This document shows, piece by piece, positions 25,716-39,699 of a DNA stretch of 64,000 nucleotides. The stretch covers positions 69,192,001-69,256,000 of the forward strand of contig NC_083280.1 of assembly GCF_963506605.1 (NCBI RefSeq). The letters run 5' to 3'. A model generated the notes under the pieces. That model had not been told where the DNA came from, made no database searches, and saw only the letters and a list, made by a program, of their open reading frames with translations. Position numbers and translations under genes: made by a program. The DNA comes from Zootoca vivipara. Taxonomy: Eukaryota. Positions within the stretch are counted from its first letter, which is position 1. The number at the start of each line of letters is the position of its first letter.

Positions 25716-25821
25716 ATTATTCCCTCTGTTACTCATACTAAGACTGTTGAGTGCTATGGCTTAGGGATCCCCAAAAGGCACCACCCAAACCCCAAAAGAT
25801 CTCAACAGGCTCCTCTTGCTT

Positions 25822-26014
25822 TCAGGCCGAGGGAGCCGGCGTCTGTCCACATACAGCTTTCCAGAAACACCGTTTACCTTTTTATCTTCTTGCACTGGTG
25901 TGCTTTTGAACTGCTAGATTGACAGAAGCTGGGACAGAGCAATGGGAGCTCACTCCGTTCTCATCAGCAAGCTGAAGAGGCTCAGTGGTTTAGACTACAG
26001 TGCCACCCGCTCCC
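25822..26014 (-). mobile_element. Internally deleted Sauria SINE
   Basis: Reverse-complement matches to the head and tail of the copy at 29813. Confidence 0.8.
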
Positions 26015-27991
26015 TGATTGACACATGCAGAGAAAAGGAAAAGAATTAGAGCACCTCATTTGAAATCCTATGGAGAGTTAGATAAGGTATTAACATGAAT
26101 AGTAATCGCTAAAAATGCAGCTGTTATCTTAATGATTAATATACCAACTGAAATGTAATTAGATGTTAATAAAAAAATATGACCCACAGCAATATAAGAA
26201 CTGGACAAAAAACATTTATCAAGGAGCACGGGAAACCACTTTGATTAAATTGTATAAATTTGGAAATAATTTGAATTATTTCAATATTAATTGGAATCTG
26301 TATAATTGGCAAAACTGTGGGAAAACTGGGTAAATATTAGAAAATTAATTTTAAAAAATTATTATTTTTAAAGGCATTTTAAAGGTCATGGAACACTGAC
26401 AGCAGGAGAGCAACTGGAAAACAGATTTTAAGGATGGGATGGAATGGCTAAGATGTAGAACAGAAGCATTCCACACTGCAGTGTTTTGCTGCCCTGCTGA
26501 TTGCAGCACATTTTGTGTATGCAAATTTGTCTTCTGTAGTGTGCCCCCATGTAGCATGTAAATGTGATTCCCTCTAGACCCCTGCACATTTTGCAGGCTG
26601 AGCAGCTTCACTTTACGTCAACACACATCCTTGACCGCAAGCCCCAGCTGCTGTGACAAATGGCATGTGTGGTGCCAGGAGCGCATTACATAAGAAGCCA
26701 AAGTCTGGACAACAAATAAATAAGAAGGATATTTTCATAGTGGAGTTGCCTGCACTGCAGCTAAAGACCTCCTTCCTCCCTGAGCTTGCCAGGACAACAC
26801 AGCGGCTGGAATGATCAAAGCTCTCCAAGCCGAAGGAACAACTCTGCCATCTGCCGTCCAAATGAGCTTGCAGCTCATTTCTGAGAGGATGGGAAATTGT
26901 GGCTGGTGGAATGGAGTCATGCTGTGTGACAGTGTGAGGGGAAGAAAGAAGTTGCAGGCAACTTGGCAACTGTTTAATGCCACTACTCCCAAGGCAGAAG
27001 CAACGATTTAACACTGAACTGAAGAAGAAGAAGGCCTCAAGCGATTTTTAAATTGTCAATACATTCATATTTAGCAGTGGAAATGTCATACAGGTATAAA
27101 TTAAAGCTTTGCTGAGATCCAAATGCTGGGTCCTCTATGCCAGGGTCTATGGCACATGCAGTAAGAGAAGGGGGAATCCCTCAAGTCACCATGAAGGTAC
27201 CATGAGATCCTTCTGGAGCAAGACTGTTCTATCTGGAACAAACTATGTGGATATGGTTCGGATAGTCCACCATATTTTTTTTTTAATCTACACATTGCTA
27301 TTTAAAGGTGAGTGATCTGATTCAAATTTAAGCCAGATGGTGCCCTCTAGATGTTAAGAGAATATCGGCTGCAGCAACATGGCCAGTGATCAAGTTGGTG
27401 GAAGTTAAAGCCCAACAACATCAGACCCTCGTCTGTCTTAGCTATGGCAACACAAATGCTTGCTTCCACAACTAAACAGATACCTCACAATCACTCAGAG
27501 CTCCAACATAGCAGCCTTCAGTCAAGGAACTCCCTCCTCCCCCCCCCTTTCCCTTTATTTTTACAGAAATCCACATGTGAATTTGTAATGGCTTTCATGA
27601 AGCTAATGACCTTGTTTTGTAGTGAAGCTTGACTTGTCAATTCTTGAAAAATCAAGTGGCTGGGCACAGCCAGCACAAAAGCTGTATTTATCAATATAAT
27701 GTGTAAATCTTTAGTTACTGGGTCAAGTTTGAGGTGCTGGTCAGGGGCGAACTTTGGTCATCTTTGGTAATATGGTGCCCCAGACAAGGCCAAAATTTGG
27801 CGCCCCCAAATGGATCTTCTCCATTTTGGCCTCCTTGGCTTGGCCCTGCCCGCACCTCCCCAGATCTGGTGCTGTGGTGGTTTTGGTTTCTATAGCCCCA
27901 TGCAGTTTGGGACCAGTATACCTGAAATATTATCTCACCCCTTATATGCCCAGTTGTCCTGTGGGCTCTGCAGGCAAAGGCTTCCAGCAGA

Positions 27992-28034
<43 letters not shown>

Positions 28035-28240
28035 ATACCCTACCCATCTGGCTGGGTTTCCCCAGCTACTCTGGGGGGGGCTTACAGCACATAAAAAATG
28101 GTAAAACATTAGACATTATAAATTTCCCCATACAGAGTTGCCTTCAGATGTATTCTAAAAGTCAAGATAGTTGTTCATTTCCTTGGCATCTGATGGGAGG
28201 GAGTTCCACAGGATGGGCGCCACTACCAAGAAGGCCCTCT
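27992..28240 (-). mobile_element. L2 3' fragment with (TTG)n tail, nested in an older + strand L2 (~27900-28500)
   Basis: Homology to 3570-3780. The flanks read as L2 ORF2 remnants (LGPVYLK upstream; APTLWN...QQAF* downstream). Confidence 0.8.
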
Positions 28241-29812
28241 TATCAGGAGCTTCCTTCTGCACAATGTAGGAATTGGGGCTTTAGTACGGAAGCTCCTACC
28301 CTTTGGAATCCCTTCTCCTCAAATATTAGACAGGCACCATCTCTGCTATCTTTTCAGCACCCCTTCCTTGTTCAACAAGCCTTTTAATTTGAGACCTTTC
28401 CTAGTCTGCATGTGCATTGGAATTTTGATGGTTCTGTTGTTTTATCACTTGTGGTTTTCCGCCTTGGACTCCTTTGGGAAGAAGGGCAGGATATGAAACG
28501 ATTAAATTTATTTGTTTTGAAGAGAACCAATGGAGGGAGGAGGGGAACTGGGTTTACTCTTTGCTTTTCTGGCAACAGTAAGTGGGGTCTTCCATAGACC
28601 AGGTGCTATGTTTTGGGGTGGGGGGCACACTGGCACGGCAAAACTGATGGTGGGAGCCAGGCTCCCAGGCCAGGGTACTAATCACATCCCTAGTTCAGAA
28701 TATGGACGTTGAAATATTTGTCCCAGTCATTCTCCAGTAGCAAAGTGCTGAGGTACAGAATCAGGCCCAGAAGGCTGCAAGAAATTACACTGCATTTATA
28801 CGGAAAACCATCCAGGCTGGCTGCAGGCTCACCTAATGTGCTGTACTTCTGAAATACTGGAGGCCAGAACTTGATTGTTTAGGTAATTGTGAAATACTCT
28901 ATATAGCAGGGCATAAATCTCCCTCACACGGATTCAGTTCTGTAACTTGCTTGCTTCCCTAGGCTCTCTTCAAAGCAGGATTCTGGCCTACATCCGTAAA
29001 CAGACATGGGCCTTTTTCTTCATACAACGTTCTTCCCATATTATTGTTTTTAAAAAGCAGTGCTCCCCAAAGACTCCCTTGGATGTGAAAAGGCAATTTA
29101 AGATTGTTGATTAAACACAGTTAGCTCTGGATAAGAGCATATTGCCAAGAAATTGGAATGAGCTGAAGCAGGTGTAAGGTGCCTCAAGATGTAAACTTGT
29201 CTCTCGCCCCAGTCTTGCCTGCTTCTCTTCCTCCCACCACCACCTCAGCTTAATGTGTTGCATGCTCATGCGTTTAGTAATTACACTGGTGTTGCTGAAG
29301 AGAAAGTCCCAGAAGGAATAGCTCTGACAAAACCAGAATGCATTATAGAATGAGAGGGCTCACCAACACTTCTGCTAGTCCTGTGCCTAGAAAACACAGG
29401 TCTGATGCAATTTCTGCTTGTCCTGTGCTTTCTAAGGCTTGGGTTCAAGCAGTTTTCCGTTTTCCTCACTGCTTTCCCCAGGAAAACCCACTCTTTACTA
29501 CCGAGAGCAAATATTAATTTAGGGAGAGCCCAATTCAGTGGCAAAGAGCAGGTTTTCCCTGGGTTAAAGAAGCGGGACGAGTGGAAGTGTGAAGGAGCCC
29601 AGAGCTTCACAAACCTTTGGAACTTAAGATAACTTTCCATAAAACCTAAGCCAGGTGCTAAATATGGGACGTCTTCCTATATACATAAACATGTAAGGCT
29701 GTCATCACACACAGCTGCTTGGAGGATTTGCATGAAGTCAGGTCGGGGAAGCGAGCAACGCAGAAGGCTGGCTTTTGAATGGTCGTTTTAGACAACAGCA
29801 GAGATTAGAATA

Positions 29813-30181
29813 GGACATGGGTGGCACTGTGGTCTAAACCACTGAGCCTAGGGCTTGCTGATCAGAAGGTTGGTGGTTCGAATCCCCGTGACAGGGTTCG
29901 CTCCCGTTGCTTGGTCCCAGCTCCTGCCAAGCTAGCAGTCTGAAAGCACATCAAAGTGCAAGTAAATAAATAGGTACTGCTCTGGCGGGAAGGTAAACGG
30001 CGTTTCCGTGCGCTGCTCAGGTTTCACCAGAAGCGGTTTAGTCATGCTGGCCACATGACCCAGAAAAACTGTCTGTGGACAAATGTCGGCTCCCTCAGCC
30101 AGTAAAGCGAGATGAGCGCTGCAACCCCAGAGTCGTTTGTGACTGGACTTAACTGTGTGGGATACTTTACCTTTACCTTTT
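29813..30181 (+). mobile_element. Full-length Sauria SINE
   Basis: tRNA-like head with A/B boxes (ggttcgaatcc), aagtgcaagta..taggtac core, (accttt)n tail, 13-bp TSD agagattagaata/agaggttagaata. Confidence 0.92.
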
Positions 30182-31115
30182 AGAGGTTAGAATAAGGCAG
30201 AGGCTTGGATAAAGGAAACAGGAAAAGTGTGAATTTGAGCCATGGCAGAGGTGTGAGTAGTGAGCAGGGTGTGATACAGAACTGTGTGGCAGTTTAAAAA
30301 AAGGTTTGAGTCCAATGAGAAAGGAGCTCGGTATTTTTAAAATGTTGGGTACTGACCACTGCAGGCCCCTTCCTGTACCTCCTACATCATCATCCATTTA
30401 TCTATTCATATTTATTAATTACCTCATAAAACAATTTCCTCTAAGCGACATACAATTCATCAGATCGAAAACAGAGCACAACAGAAGTGTGGTCAATTCA
30501 GCAGCGAATCTAAAACCAGCATAAAAAGAATAGAAAAAAAGGCCAGCCACAGCAACAGAAAAGAGCTAAATGCCACCTTTTATAGGAGCTAAAGCCAGCC
30601 AGCCGCCATCAATCAGCAGAGAGTAATGTTAAAATGATATTCAGTGATGTTCAATGGCCTGGGAGAATAGAAGACATTTTACCTGGCACCATAAGGTTAT
30701 TAATGTGGGTGCCAGATAATCCCCACGAGGGGCCTCCTCCTTTATAGCCTTTATACTGAGGTGGTGCTCAGAGAAGAGCCTCCATTAAGGATCTGAGGGT
30801 GCAGGGATGTGAATATGGGAAGAGGTATACAGTTTTATAGCTTTACAGGTCAGGCATTGTGGAAACAAAAAATATCGGGGTTGATAAATGGGTCAAAAGG
30901 GAGCCAGTAGAGCTGCAAGATGAAAGAATATCTAAAACAAAAAGGCTGTTTTGGAGATCCAAGACTCTTTGTCACTCAAGCACAAGGAACATGGTGTGAA
31001 CATAAAAGAAAACACATGTTGCAGCCACCTTGGTCTGGTTGGTGCCTTTGGGAGCATGGCTGGATTATACTGGGCTCATGTCAGCGTGAGGCCAGTTGGC
31101 TGAACTGACAGTGAC

Positions 31116-31242
31116 CAGTGCTATTTTTCTAGAATCTCTTAGAATGTTCTCTTTTCTTGTTCTCTTAGAATGGCAATGGCGCCCACCTGAGAGGTGCCGA
31201 ACTGAGTTCTGGCAAGTTCTGGCTGAGAAAAAAAAAGCCCTG
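31116..31242. mobile_element. Short hAT-like non-autonomous element (second copy inverted at ~38337-38485)
   Basis: cagtgctatttt...aaaagccctg ends; shared gcaatggcgcccacctgagagg core in opposite orientations. Confidence 0.7.
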
Positions 31243-31644
31243 GTGGTGACAGACCAGGAGCAAGACCTTGGGTTCATAATAGATCAATGAAGATGCCGAC
31301 CCGGGTTTGGAAAAATGAGATTCCCTGCTAGGGGTCTCTAGGAAAGGAATTAAAATAAAACTGCTGGGTGAAGTGTGGCTCGGTAATATTTCAGATAAAG
31401 AAATAAAGCAATACGGGTGTCAGCACGTCATGTTCCAATTCTGTCAGCAGAGGCCTCAAAGGAAGGGCTGTGGCAGAGCACAGGTGTGGAGAAGGTCCCA
31501 GATTCAAGCTCTTGGTACCTGATGGTGGCAGGTAAGGAGAAAGATTGGCTTGAGACCCTGAGGAGCTGCTTCCATTCAGAGTAGACAAAATGTATGGAAA
31601 CCTCCTCTGCATACCAAGCCCCCAGGTTTTAAGAGAATGCTGTA

Positions 31645-31833
31645 CAGTCATACCTCAGTTTAAGTACACCTTGGTTTGAGTATGCTTCAGGTTCAGTACT
31701 CCGCAGACCCGTCTGAAACAGATTAATCCACTTTCCATTACTTTCAATGGGAAAGTTCACTTCAGGTTAAGTACGCTTCAGGTTAAGTACAGACGTCCGG
31801 AACCAATTGTGTACTTAAACTGAGGTACCACTG
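31645..31833. mobile_element. Tc1/mariner-type MITE
   Basis: TIR cagt..tacctcagtttaagtacac / gtgtacttaaactgaggtaccactg, flanked by TA dinucleotides. Confidence 0.85.
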
Positions 31834-34800
31834 TATTATCCACAAATGACAGGCATCTGATAGCAGCTGAGACAAAAGCCAAGGAAAGGGTTATGATTTC
31901 AATGGCATATTGCAGGTTAATGGGCTGCTGCTCCCTCGTTATCAGGATATAAAGGTTATCCAAATCTGAAGAAAAGGAAACCAATTTTGCCTCCATAATA
32001 CTAATGCCTCTGTGACGTGCACCATAGTAATGGGACCTGTACAGATAAAGCTTGGATGATGGGAAATGTATGGTAATGTATCATTCCCGTGAAGGGCTTT
32101 ATTTCCTACAGAGAAGGGAGCTCTTGACAAGCAGGGTGATGTATGGCTGTGTGCGAAGGTGATATAGGTGTAATTGTAATGAGGCAGCGGCTGAGTCCCT
32201 GGGACCCAGTTCTACAGGGCTCATCATACAGCTTGCTTTGCTGGGAGGTGCAAGCACCTTTCCTTGGGAGGGGGTCAGAGTTGGGGCCAGGAAGGCCATG
32301 TGACCTGAGCCTTAGGCTCAAATGGTGGGGGGGGGCACGACTCTGATTTAGACACTTGATAGTTTCTATTTCTATTTTGGCACTTGATAAGTCTCTCAAC
32401 TGGTTTTATGTGCATCAGCCCAAAATGTGGCATGTTCACACTCTCAGCTTAGAGCTGCAAGACTGAGAAATGTGTTTGGGTAAAATGCATGTGACACCCG
32501 TCCCCGTCCCCCCGTTAACTGATATGCATTTTATCATTTTAAATTGTTAAAATGTTTATAAATATTAATTAAAATATGCCAGTTCTGATGGCACAAGAGT
32601 AGATCTTGATGAACTCAAATCAGCTGATTATAGAAATAAATCGCTCGCCTCTTTTTTTGGTGCCATACCTTGTTTTTGTGTGTCAAAAGCTGGAAGTGAC
32701 CTACACCTCTGAAAGGGTCTGGCTGAGCTCAGATGCCATTGTCAGAACCACCCACCTCCTAATGCAGACATGGATTGTAGACACAAAAGCTCACTTTGTC
32801 TTGGTGCTAATTAAGAGGACTGCAGTTTGAGGACGTATAGAGAGCAAGCAAAAGCTCGTGGGAGCTGGAGCCCAAAAGGTTAGCCATCCAAATTTACATT
32901 TTACATGTATTTAGATTTCATTTTAATTGGACATCAGGACTACAGAGTAGGCCAAAATGCTTATGACTTAAAGGTTTGCAGATTTTGAGGAGCCATGTGA
33001 AGGAAGGTTGGCAGCAACACAATGGAGGACTCTTGGGGAAAGTTCCCAGGAATAAGGGGACAGTGTAGTAATTTGAGGGAGGTTGATAATTCTGGTAGCT
33101 GAAGGTGGCAAGGATATTGTTTATGAATTGGAGGGGAGGAAGTAGGCTGTATGAAAGACCCTTCTAACCCTTGGATCCAGCAAGTGTTGAAATATAAGCT
33201 TGTCTAGCTTCCTGTGTTGAGGTAATAGCCTGGGTGATGGGCCATTAAGGGAAACAAATGAAAGGGGCTTCTGTGTGAGATGGAAAATGGGCCCCACCTC
33301 ATGGCTGGTTAGAAGACAAAGTCAGAATTTTGAGTAGGGCATGGCAGTGATGTGACCGAGAAGAAAAGCAGCAAGCTGGAGAGAGTCAGAAAGAGGTGTG
33401 TATGTGTGTGTGTGTGAAGGAGAGCCAGTATATGGGTTTGAGAAGGGGCAGGGAGAAAGGCACATGATTTTGGCAGTGGAGTGTTTGGTTATAAGGGAGA
33501 AAGCAGTGAGATGCAGTAAGAAATGGCAACTGCATTTGTCACGGCCACAGAGGTCACCAGAGTATGGACCAGGATTTTGGCCAAGGAGATAAGAGAGTGG
33601 GGAGCCCAATTCTGCTGTGTTAGTTACGGTAGACTGAATAGCTGGAGCAGAGGATGAATTCAAGCCAAGGTTTCATGCTGGGAAAACCAGTTTTCTTACA
33701 ATAAATGCTGTGACATTTGATATAAGGACTCGTTTACAGAATCTAGCATGCGGCAGAGTTCATGGTTTTTTTCCAGCACAGAAGGCACAAGCATTTTCTG
33801 AGGCATAAATCCATAGGTATGAATGTCAACACGGAAAATGTTGCCTTTTTATTAAAACCTGGTGTTTCAGTTTCTGCCTCCAGCATTTTGAACATTCAGA
33901 GCTGACAACTCTGGGTAAATGGGGTAGCAACCCCACATACATCATGAAGATGATGAGTGTAACTTTCCCCATAGCTCCAGCAATGAGCAGGAGAAGCTGT
34001 TTACACTCCACTGAGCTCCACATCGCTCAGTTACTCCTCATTATATATGGTCAATAGTTATGTAGACCAAAAAAAGCATCCGACTGAAGGTGCCTGGATG
34101 ATTTCAAGGGTAATCTAAACGAGGCAATTCAGTACTTCGCTGTCTGAGTTATTTGTACATCCTCTGTCCAAATGCAAATGTAACTTGATATTTTAAGCTG
34201 TCAAACAGTTTTGTGCCTGATAAGGAACAACTGAGAGTCAGGAGGGCAATATGCTTCTGTACACATCCAAAATACAGCAGTCACTTGCAGAACCAGGGAG
34301 CTTTTTAACAGAGAACAGAAGTTAATTTCCTCTCCTAGATTATTGTTGTTTTTTTAATAGGTGGGTTTGTGGTGTGGGAAAAGGAACTGCAAGAGTGACT
34401 TCTTGGAGGTCATTGACTTGGGGCCCTATTGGGTTGGATCCAGATAAGTTGCCCTGTTGACACAAAGGACTTTCACCTGAACAACAGGTCCCTTGTGTTC
34501 TCCCCAAACCCTCTGGAGCAGATTGGGTTGGGGGGATGACGTGAAAAGAGAAAGTCCTGTTGTGCAGGGAGAAGTCCTTGCACTAACAGGACAACTTTGC
34601 TGGACACAAACCATTATGTTTTTCCTTCCCAATGGAAAATTTAGGCTGAACATATATACACTATACATTTACAGCACGACTTCTCTCTCAAAGAACCCTG
34701 GAAACTGTAATTTGTCCCCCATATAGCTGCAACCCCAGCATCCTTGACAAACTACAATTCCCAGGATTCTTGCAGGGAGGGGCATGTGAGTGTATGAAGT

Positions 34801-37412
34801 GACAAACCTGAGGTAAAACTGGAACAAAAAGTTAATTTGGCTTTTGCAGGAAGACAAGGTCTATGGCTCATTCCCTCTGACTGACATATTTTCCCCATGT
34901 TGTCTTTCAGGTCAGAGGCAGTGTTGAGGGTAACACTTTCTTTCACAAAGTGTTATCTCTCAACACTGCGTTGCAAAGCACACTTCTTTTAGAATAAGCT
35001 GGCTGCTTGAATACAGATTTTCCCTATTTTGCCCCTCCCTCCTTTCTTCTTCTCAGCATTAGCCTCACACTTCTGTTAAGTACCGGTATATTCCTCCGAC
35101 AATGTTAGTCTCTCGCAGACTTAAGAGCTTCGCTTCACCCTGAAATTATTTAAGTGCCTTATGAAAATGCATACTTCAGCCCCTGGTACCAAGCCCTGCA
35201 GCTGAATTCTTACACAAATTAACTGCTTTGGAAATTTCTTATTTCCTCCACAGAATGCTGGGTTAAAAAAAAAAAGCCATAGTAACTATAAGGTGACTTT
35301 AAGAGCTTATCTCATTACTGTGTGAAATTGCCTCATCTTATCAGTGACTGTCATGGCACTCATCACTGCTATCACATGTGTTCATTAGCAGAGATGGCCC
35401 AGCAGGGAATTCCAAAACAAACTAATTTCTTCCACTGTGGAAAACACTAAAATAGCCATGCTTCCATATTTCCTCCACAATAATGGCAATGAAGAGAAAC
35501 TCTGGCAAGGACAAGTCTGCCATTTTATCCATAAAATCACTCTTTGTCATTATTTGACCAGGACCTTGACCATTAAATAAAAAAACTAAACAGCTTTGTG
35601 TATGATCTCACGGCTGCTATATTTTGTTCTCTTCTTTATCTCCCTCATACCCCAACATATAGGTGGTTTCTAGACTTCAGTCTAGAAAGGACATCGTTTT
35701 TTCACTTTACTTTATGGAGCATCCTTTGAACTATGGCACAGCTTTCAGAAATTTGCCCCCTCTCCCCAACATCTTTAAAGCAGGGCTCACCAACCTTTTT
35801 TGGAACCATGGGCACATTTGCAAACCAGAGAAACTATTGTGAGCATGCCATACACCCCACAACCAAGTATTTTATGGGCTACAGCGGAATGCTTATGTCA
35901 AGCCTAATTTCCCGTGGTTGCCCTATTGGCAACCCCTGTATTAGAAAGACCCAAAGTGATGCTCAAAGGAAGTAGAAAAGAAGAGGTGAGCAATGGGAAG
36001 AAGAATCCTACTAGTAAGGTTAAATGCAGCACGATCCTATGCATGTTTATTCAGAAATAAATCCACTGTGTTAAGAGAGGTGTGTTTCCTGATAAGTCTG
36101 TTTAGGGTTGCAGTCTTACGGTAGGAGGAACAAAAATGTCTTCCAAGATTCACATAGAAAGATGTTATGAGACAAGAGCTTTCCCCTTTTGGAGCACTAC
36201 AGCCTTCAATTGCCCCAGCTGCAACAACACATGTCTCTCCTGTATCTATATCTCTACAGCCACAGCAGGCACTGTAACCTTCCAAAAGTTGGACTTCACC
36301 TCCAAAGGTGCACTCCTCCACTGTATCCTGAGACAGACGGATGCCAACATATGCAACAATATATTTGTGAATTCCATAACTGACTCCATAACTTGTGTGA
36401 AGATGTACAGTACTTTCTCTCTTTTTTTTTTGTTAGTCCCACAACTACTTGAAAATCAATTTCTCTCTCTTCCTCTCTCCACATGGTTGATAATGTTATA
36501 AATCTCTTTCATGGCCTCCCTTAGTCATCTTTTCCCCTCAAACTATAAAGCTCTGAACATTTCTCATATGATGGATGCTCCGAATCTTTGAATCATTTTC
36601 ATTTCCCCTTTCTCTGCCTATCCCACCAATATCCTTTTTGGGACTGCACCATCTCAGAAATGTACACAGTCTTCTGACAGGTTTAGAACAATGTCCTCAT
36701 ATACTTGCCCACCTGCAGTATGGAAGATAATAATGCTGACTTGCAGGCAATGCGATTCCCCGCAGGTGTTGGAGTATCAACCCTGACCAATGGCCATGCT
36801 GGCTGGGAGTTGGGAGTCCAAGAACATTTTCCACCTTGGCTAACCCTGCCTTACAAGAGTGTAGAAACTGTTACAGCTAAAAAAAAATGCATGTGAAGTG
36901 CTTTGAACACTTGAAACTGCTATACAGCTGTTCCATATTATTATTTAATTCCCATCTTAATAATTTCCAACATTAATTTCCTTTTGGGCTTCGTCTGTTA
37001 TTAATATGGCATGCCCACTCTGTATCCTTGATAGCTTTTTAAGTGGCTCTCACTCACACATGACTCCAGATAGGCTCATCAGAGCTGTGTGTCTTGTCAG
37101 AGGTGTTTGGTAATCAGCACTTCAGGGCAAGGTCTGCGCTGGCAAAGGTGGTGGGGCAACTGATTATTCCCTTATTACAGATGATAAAGCTAACAAATCT
37201 ATCAAAGCTTGAAAAATCTGCTGCTAAGTGCTTGTGTAGCGCCATTAGCAAACTGTTCTCTTTCCTCTGTTCTTGGAAATGACATGTTCTGGTCAGATAT
37301 AAGTTATCTGCTGGTGACACGGCTTGGCCACACCAGTTCTGGTGATCCTCCTCAATCAACATGATGGGGCTTTATTGGAAAAATACATCCATGTAATAAG
37401 TTTGGGTTCAAT

Positions 37413-37940
37413 ATGGTACATTGGTTCTCAAACTTAATCCGTTCCAGAAGTCTGTTCCAAAACCGAAGTGTTCCAAAACCAAGGCACGCTTTCCCATAGA
37501 AAGGAGTGCAAAATGGATTAATCCATTCCAGACTTTTAAAAACAACCCCTAAAACAGCAATTTCACGTGAATTTTACTATCTAATGAGACCATTGATCCA
37601 TAAAATGAAAGCAATAAACAATGTACTGCAGTCACACAATCAATCAATCAATCAATCAATCAGTAGCTGAGCTGGGTTCCACACAGTCACAAAAACAAAA
37701 AAAAACGATGCAAAAACAAAAACGCAAAATAAATAGCAAAAACAGACAGACCTCAGCGTAACACTCAAAACGGAAGCATGGCGCTCAAATCGGAAGCATA
37801 ACACTCAAAACGAAGCATGTTCGGGTTCCAAAAAAAGTTCGCAAACACTTACTTCCGGGTTCCAAAAAAAGTTCACAAACACTTACTTCCAGGTTTGCAG
37901 TGTTTGGGTTCCAAGTTGTTTGAGAACCAAGGTACCACTG
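37413..37940. mobile_element. Tc1/mariner-type non-autonomous element with internal (CAAT)n and a 34-bp tandem duplication
   Basis: tggtacattggttctcaaac / gtttgagaaccaaggtaccactg|ta termini. Confidence 0.8.
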
Positions 37941-37979
37941 TATTCACATGAGAGTTAACATAGTGGTTATATTGATTAG

Positions 37980-38095
37980 CAGCAATAGTAGTAATAATTG
38001 TTGTTGTTGTTGTTGTTGTTGTTGTTATAGATATGCCACCCATCTGATTGGGTTTCCCCAGCCACTGTGGGTGACTTCCAACAATTTAAAAACAT
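37980..38095 (-). mobile_element. L2 3' end with (TTG)n tail
   Basis: cccatctgattgggtttccccagccactgtggg follows the TGT array. Confidence 0.8.
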
Positions 38096-39563
38096 TCAGC
38101 ACAGCAGCAATTGGTTTCTGCTTAAGCTTCTTCAGCCAGTCAGGCTCCACACACATTTCTCCAGGGGTCATCTCTAAACTCCCATCTCCATGTTTCTTGT
38201 TTCTTTTTCTTTTTTTTAATGTTTCTAAATTACTGCGATCCCTATAATCCATCTTGGTGATGCTCTCTCTGACAGGCCAGCCTGAAAAGGACATACAGGC
38301 AATAGTGTTCTGTTATTGTTTGTGTTGGGAAATAACAGGGGAATACCAATCAAAGCTTTCTTTCAGCAGGAACTCACCAGAACTCAGTCCCAGAACCTCT
38401 CAGGTGGGCGCCATTGCCTTTATAAGAGAACAAGGGAGGTGTTCATGGTGAGTTCTGGCACCTCTTTTTCTAGAAAAATAGCCCTGATAACAATTAATCC
38501 TGAAGTTCTATGTGTGTGAGAAACTACAGAAGAAAATCAAAAAGCACGGGGCTTGACTCACTCTCTAGTCAAAAGAGGCCTTAGTAGAGTTTAAAACAGA
38601 AATACATGCAGCGTTTGCAAAGCATGGGAAATATGTGTTATTAGACCTTTAAATGTCCTGGTATTAAGGGTTTGCAATTGTGCACCCCTGCCTCTACCCT
38701 TCTTAAGTAAGTTTAAATGCTTTACTTACACAACTGGTCCTCAGAGGCATATTTCCTCTGAAACGCAAAGTTTCAATTTTAGCTATCATGGTTAATAGCC
38801 CTGATAAACCTGTTCACCATGAACTTGTTTAATTCTCTTTAAAGCCACTTAAACTAGTGCCCATTATCACATCTTGGGGCTATAAGTTTCACAAGCTAAT
38901 GGTGTGTTATATAAACTGTCATGTTGTGCCTGTCCTGAATCAATTACCAATAATTTTTTTGGGGTGACCTTGAGATCTAGTGTTCTAGACTGCTGCAATT
39001 TGCCATGGAAACATCCGTGGGTGAATTTCTCTCCCTCCTGGTTCAAAGAATAGTTTCTTTTACAGACCTCTTGCCCCTCTAGAAACTCTTGTGAGTTGTT
39101 CTGGGGCAACAACCTTGTGTTAACCTGGCTACAACATGAGCCGGCAAAAATCCAGCTTATTGCCTCATTGCATTAAGAGTGGCCAAGTGCTAATTAATCT
39201 CTAGGACACAAGGGCCTCACACTCTCTCCTTTCTCATTTGCCATTTGGCCTCTATTGAATTCAGTCTAATAGGTTCCAAGCTTCGTCAGCTTTGGAATTA
39301 ATTAACCTCTCTTGATACAATAGCTACAGAATGAAGGTGCATAATTAAATTTTGGCCTGTTGCAAACAGGAATGGCTTGGGCAGTTGATTCAGCATGTCT
39401 AATGGGTGACCTTTCAGCAGAGGGGGAAACCCAAAAAACCTCAACCTGATGAGAGTGAGTGACTCTCACATACCCCCACCCCCACACATCTGCTTGGCAG
39501 GCCAGATAGATTCAGGTGGTCTCCCCTTTCAAAGACAGTTCAAGCTTATGGATTGAAGTAAAC

Positions 39564-39699
39564 CAGGCATAGGCAAACTCGGCCCTCCAGATGTTTTGGG
39601 ACTACAACTCCCATGATCCCTAGCTAACAGGACCAGTGGTCAGGGATGGTGGGAATTGTAGTCCCAAAACATCTGGAGGGCCGAGTTTGCCTATACCTG
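39564..39699. mobile_element. 136-bp hAT-type MITE
   Basis: TIR caggcataggcaaactc; perfect TSD aagtaaac. Confidence 0.92.

Noticed and set aside
29813-29890. tRNA-like A/B boxes
   Set aside because: This is the head of a Sauria SINE, not a complete cloverleaf tRNA gene.
37760-37900. Short direct repeats with spacers (CRISPR-like appearance); also 56350-56530
   Set aside because: These are subterminal repeats within mariner-type elements in a vertebrate genome, with irregular spacing and no cas genes.
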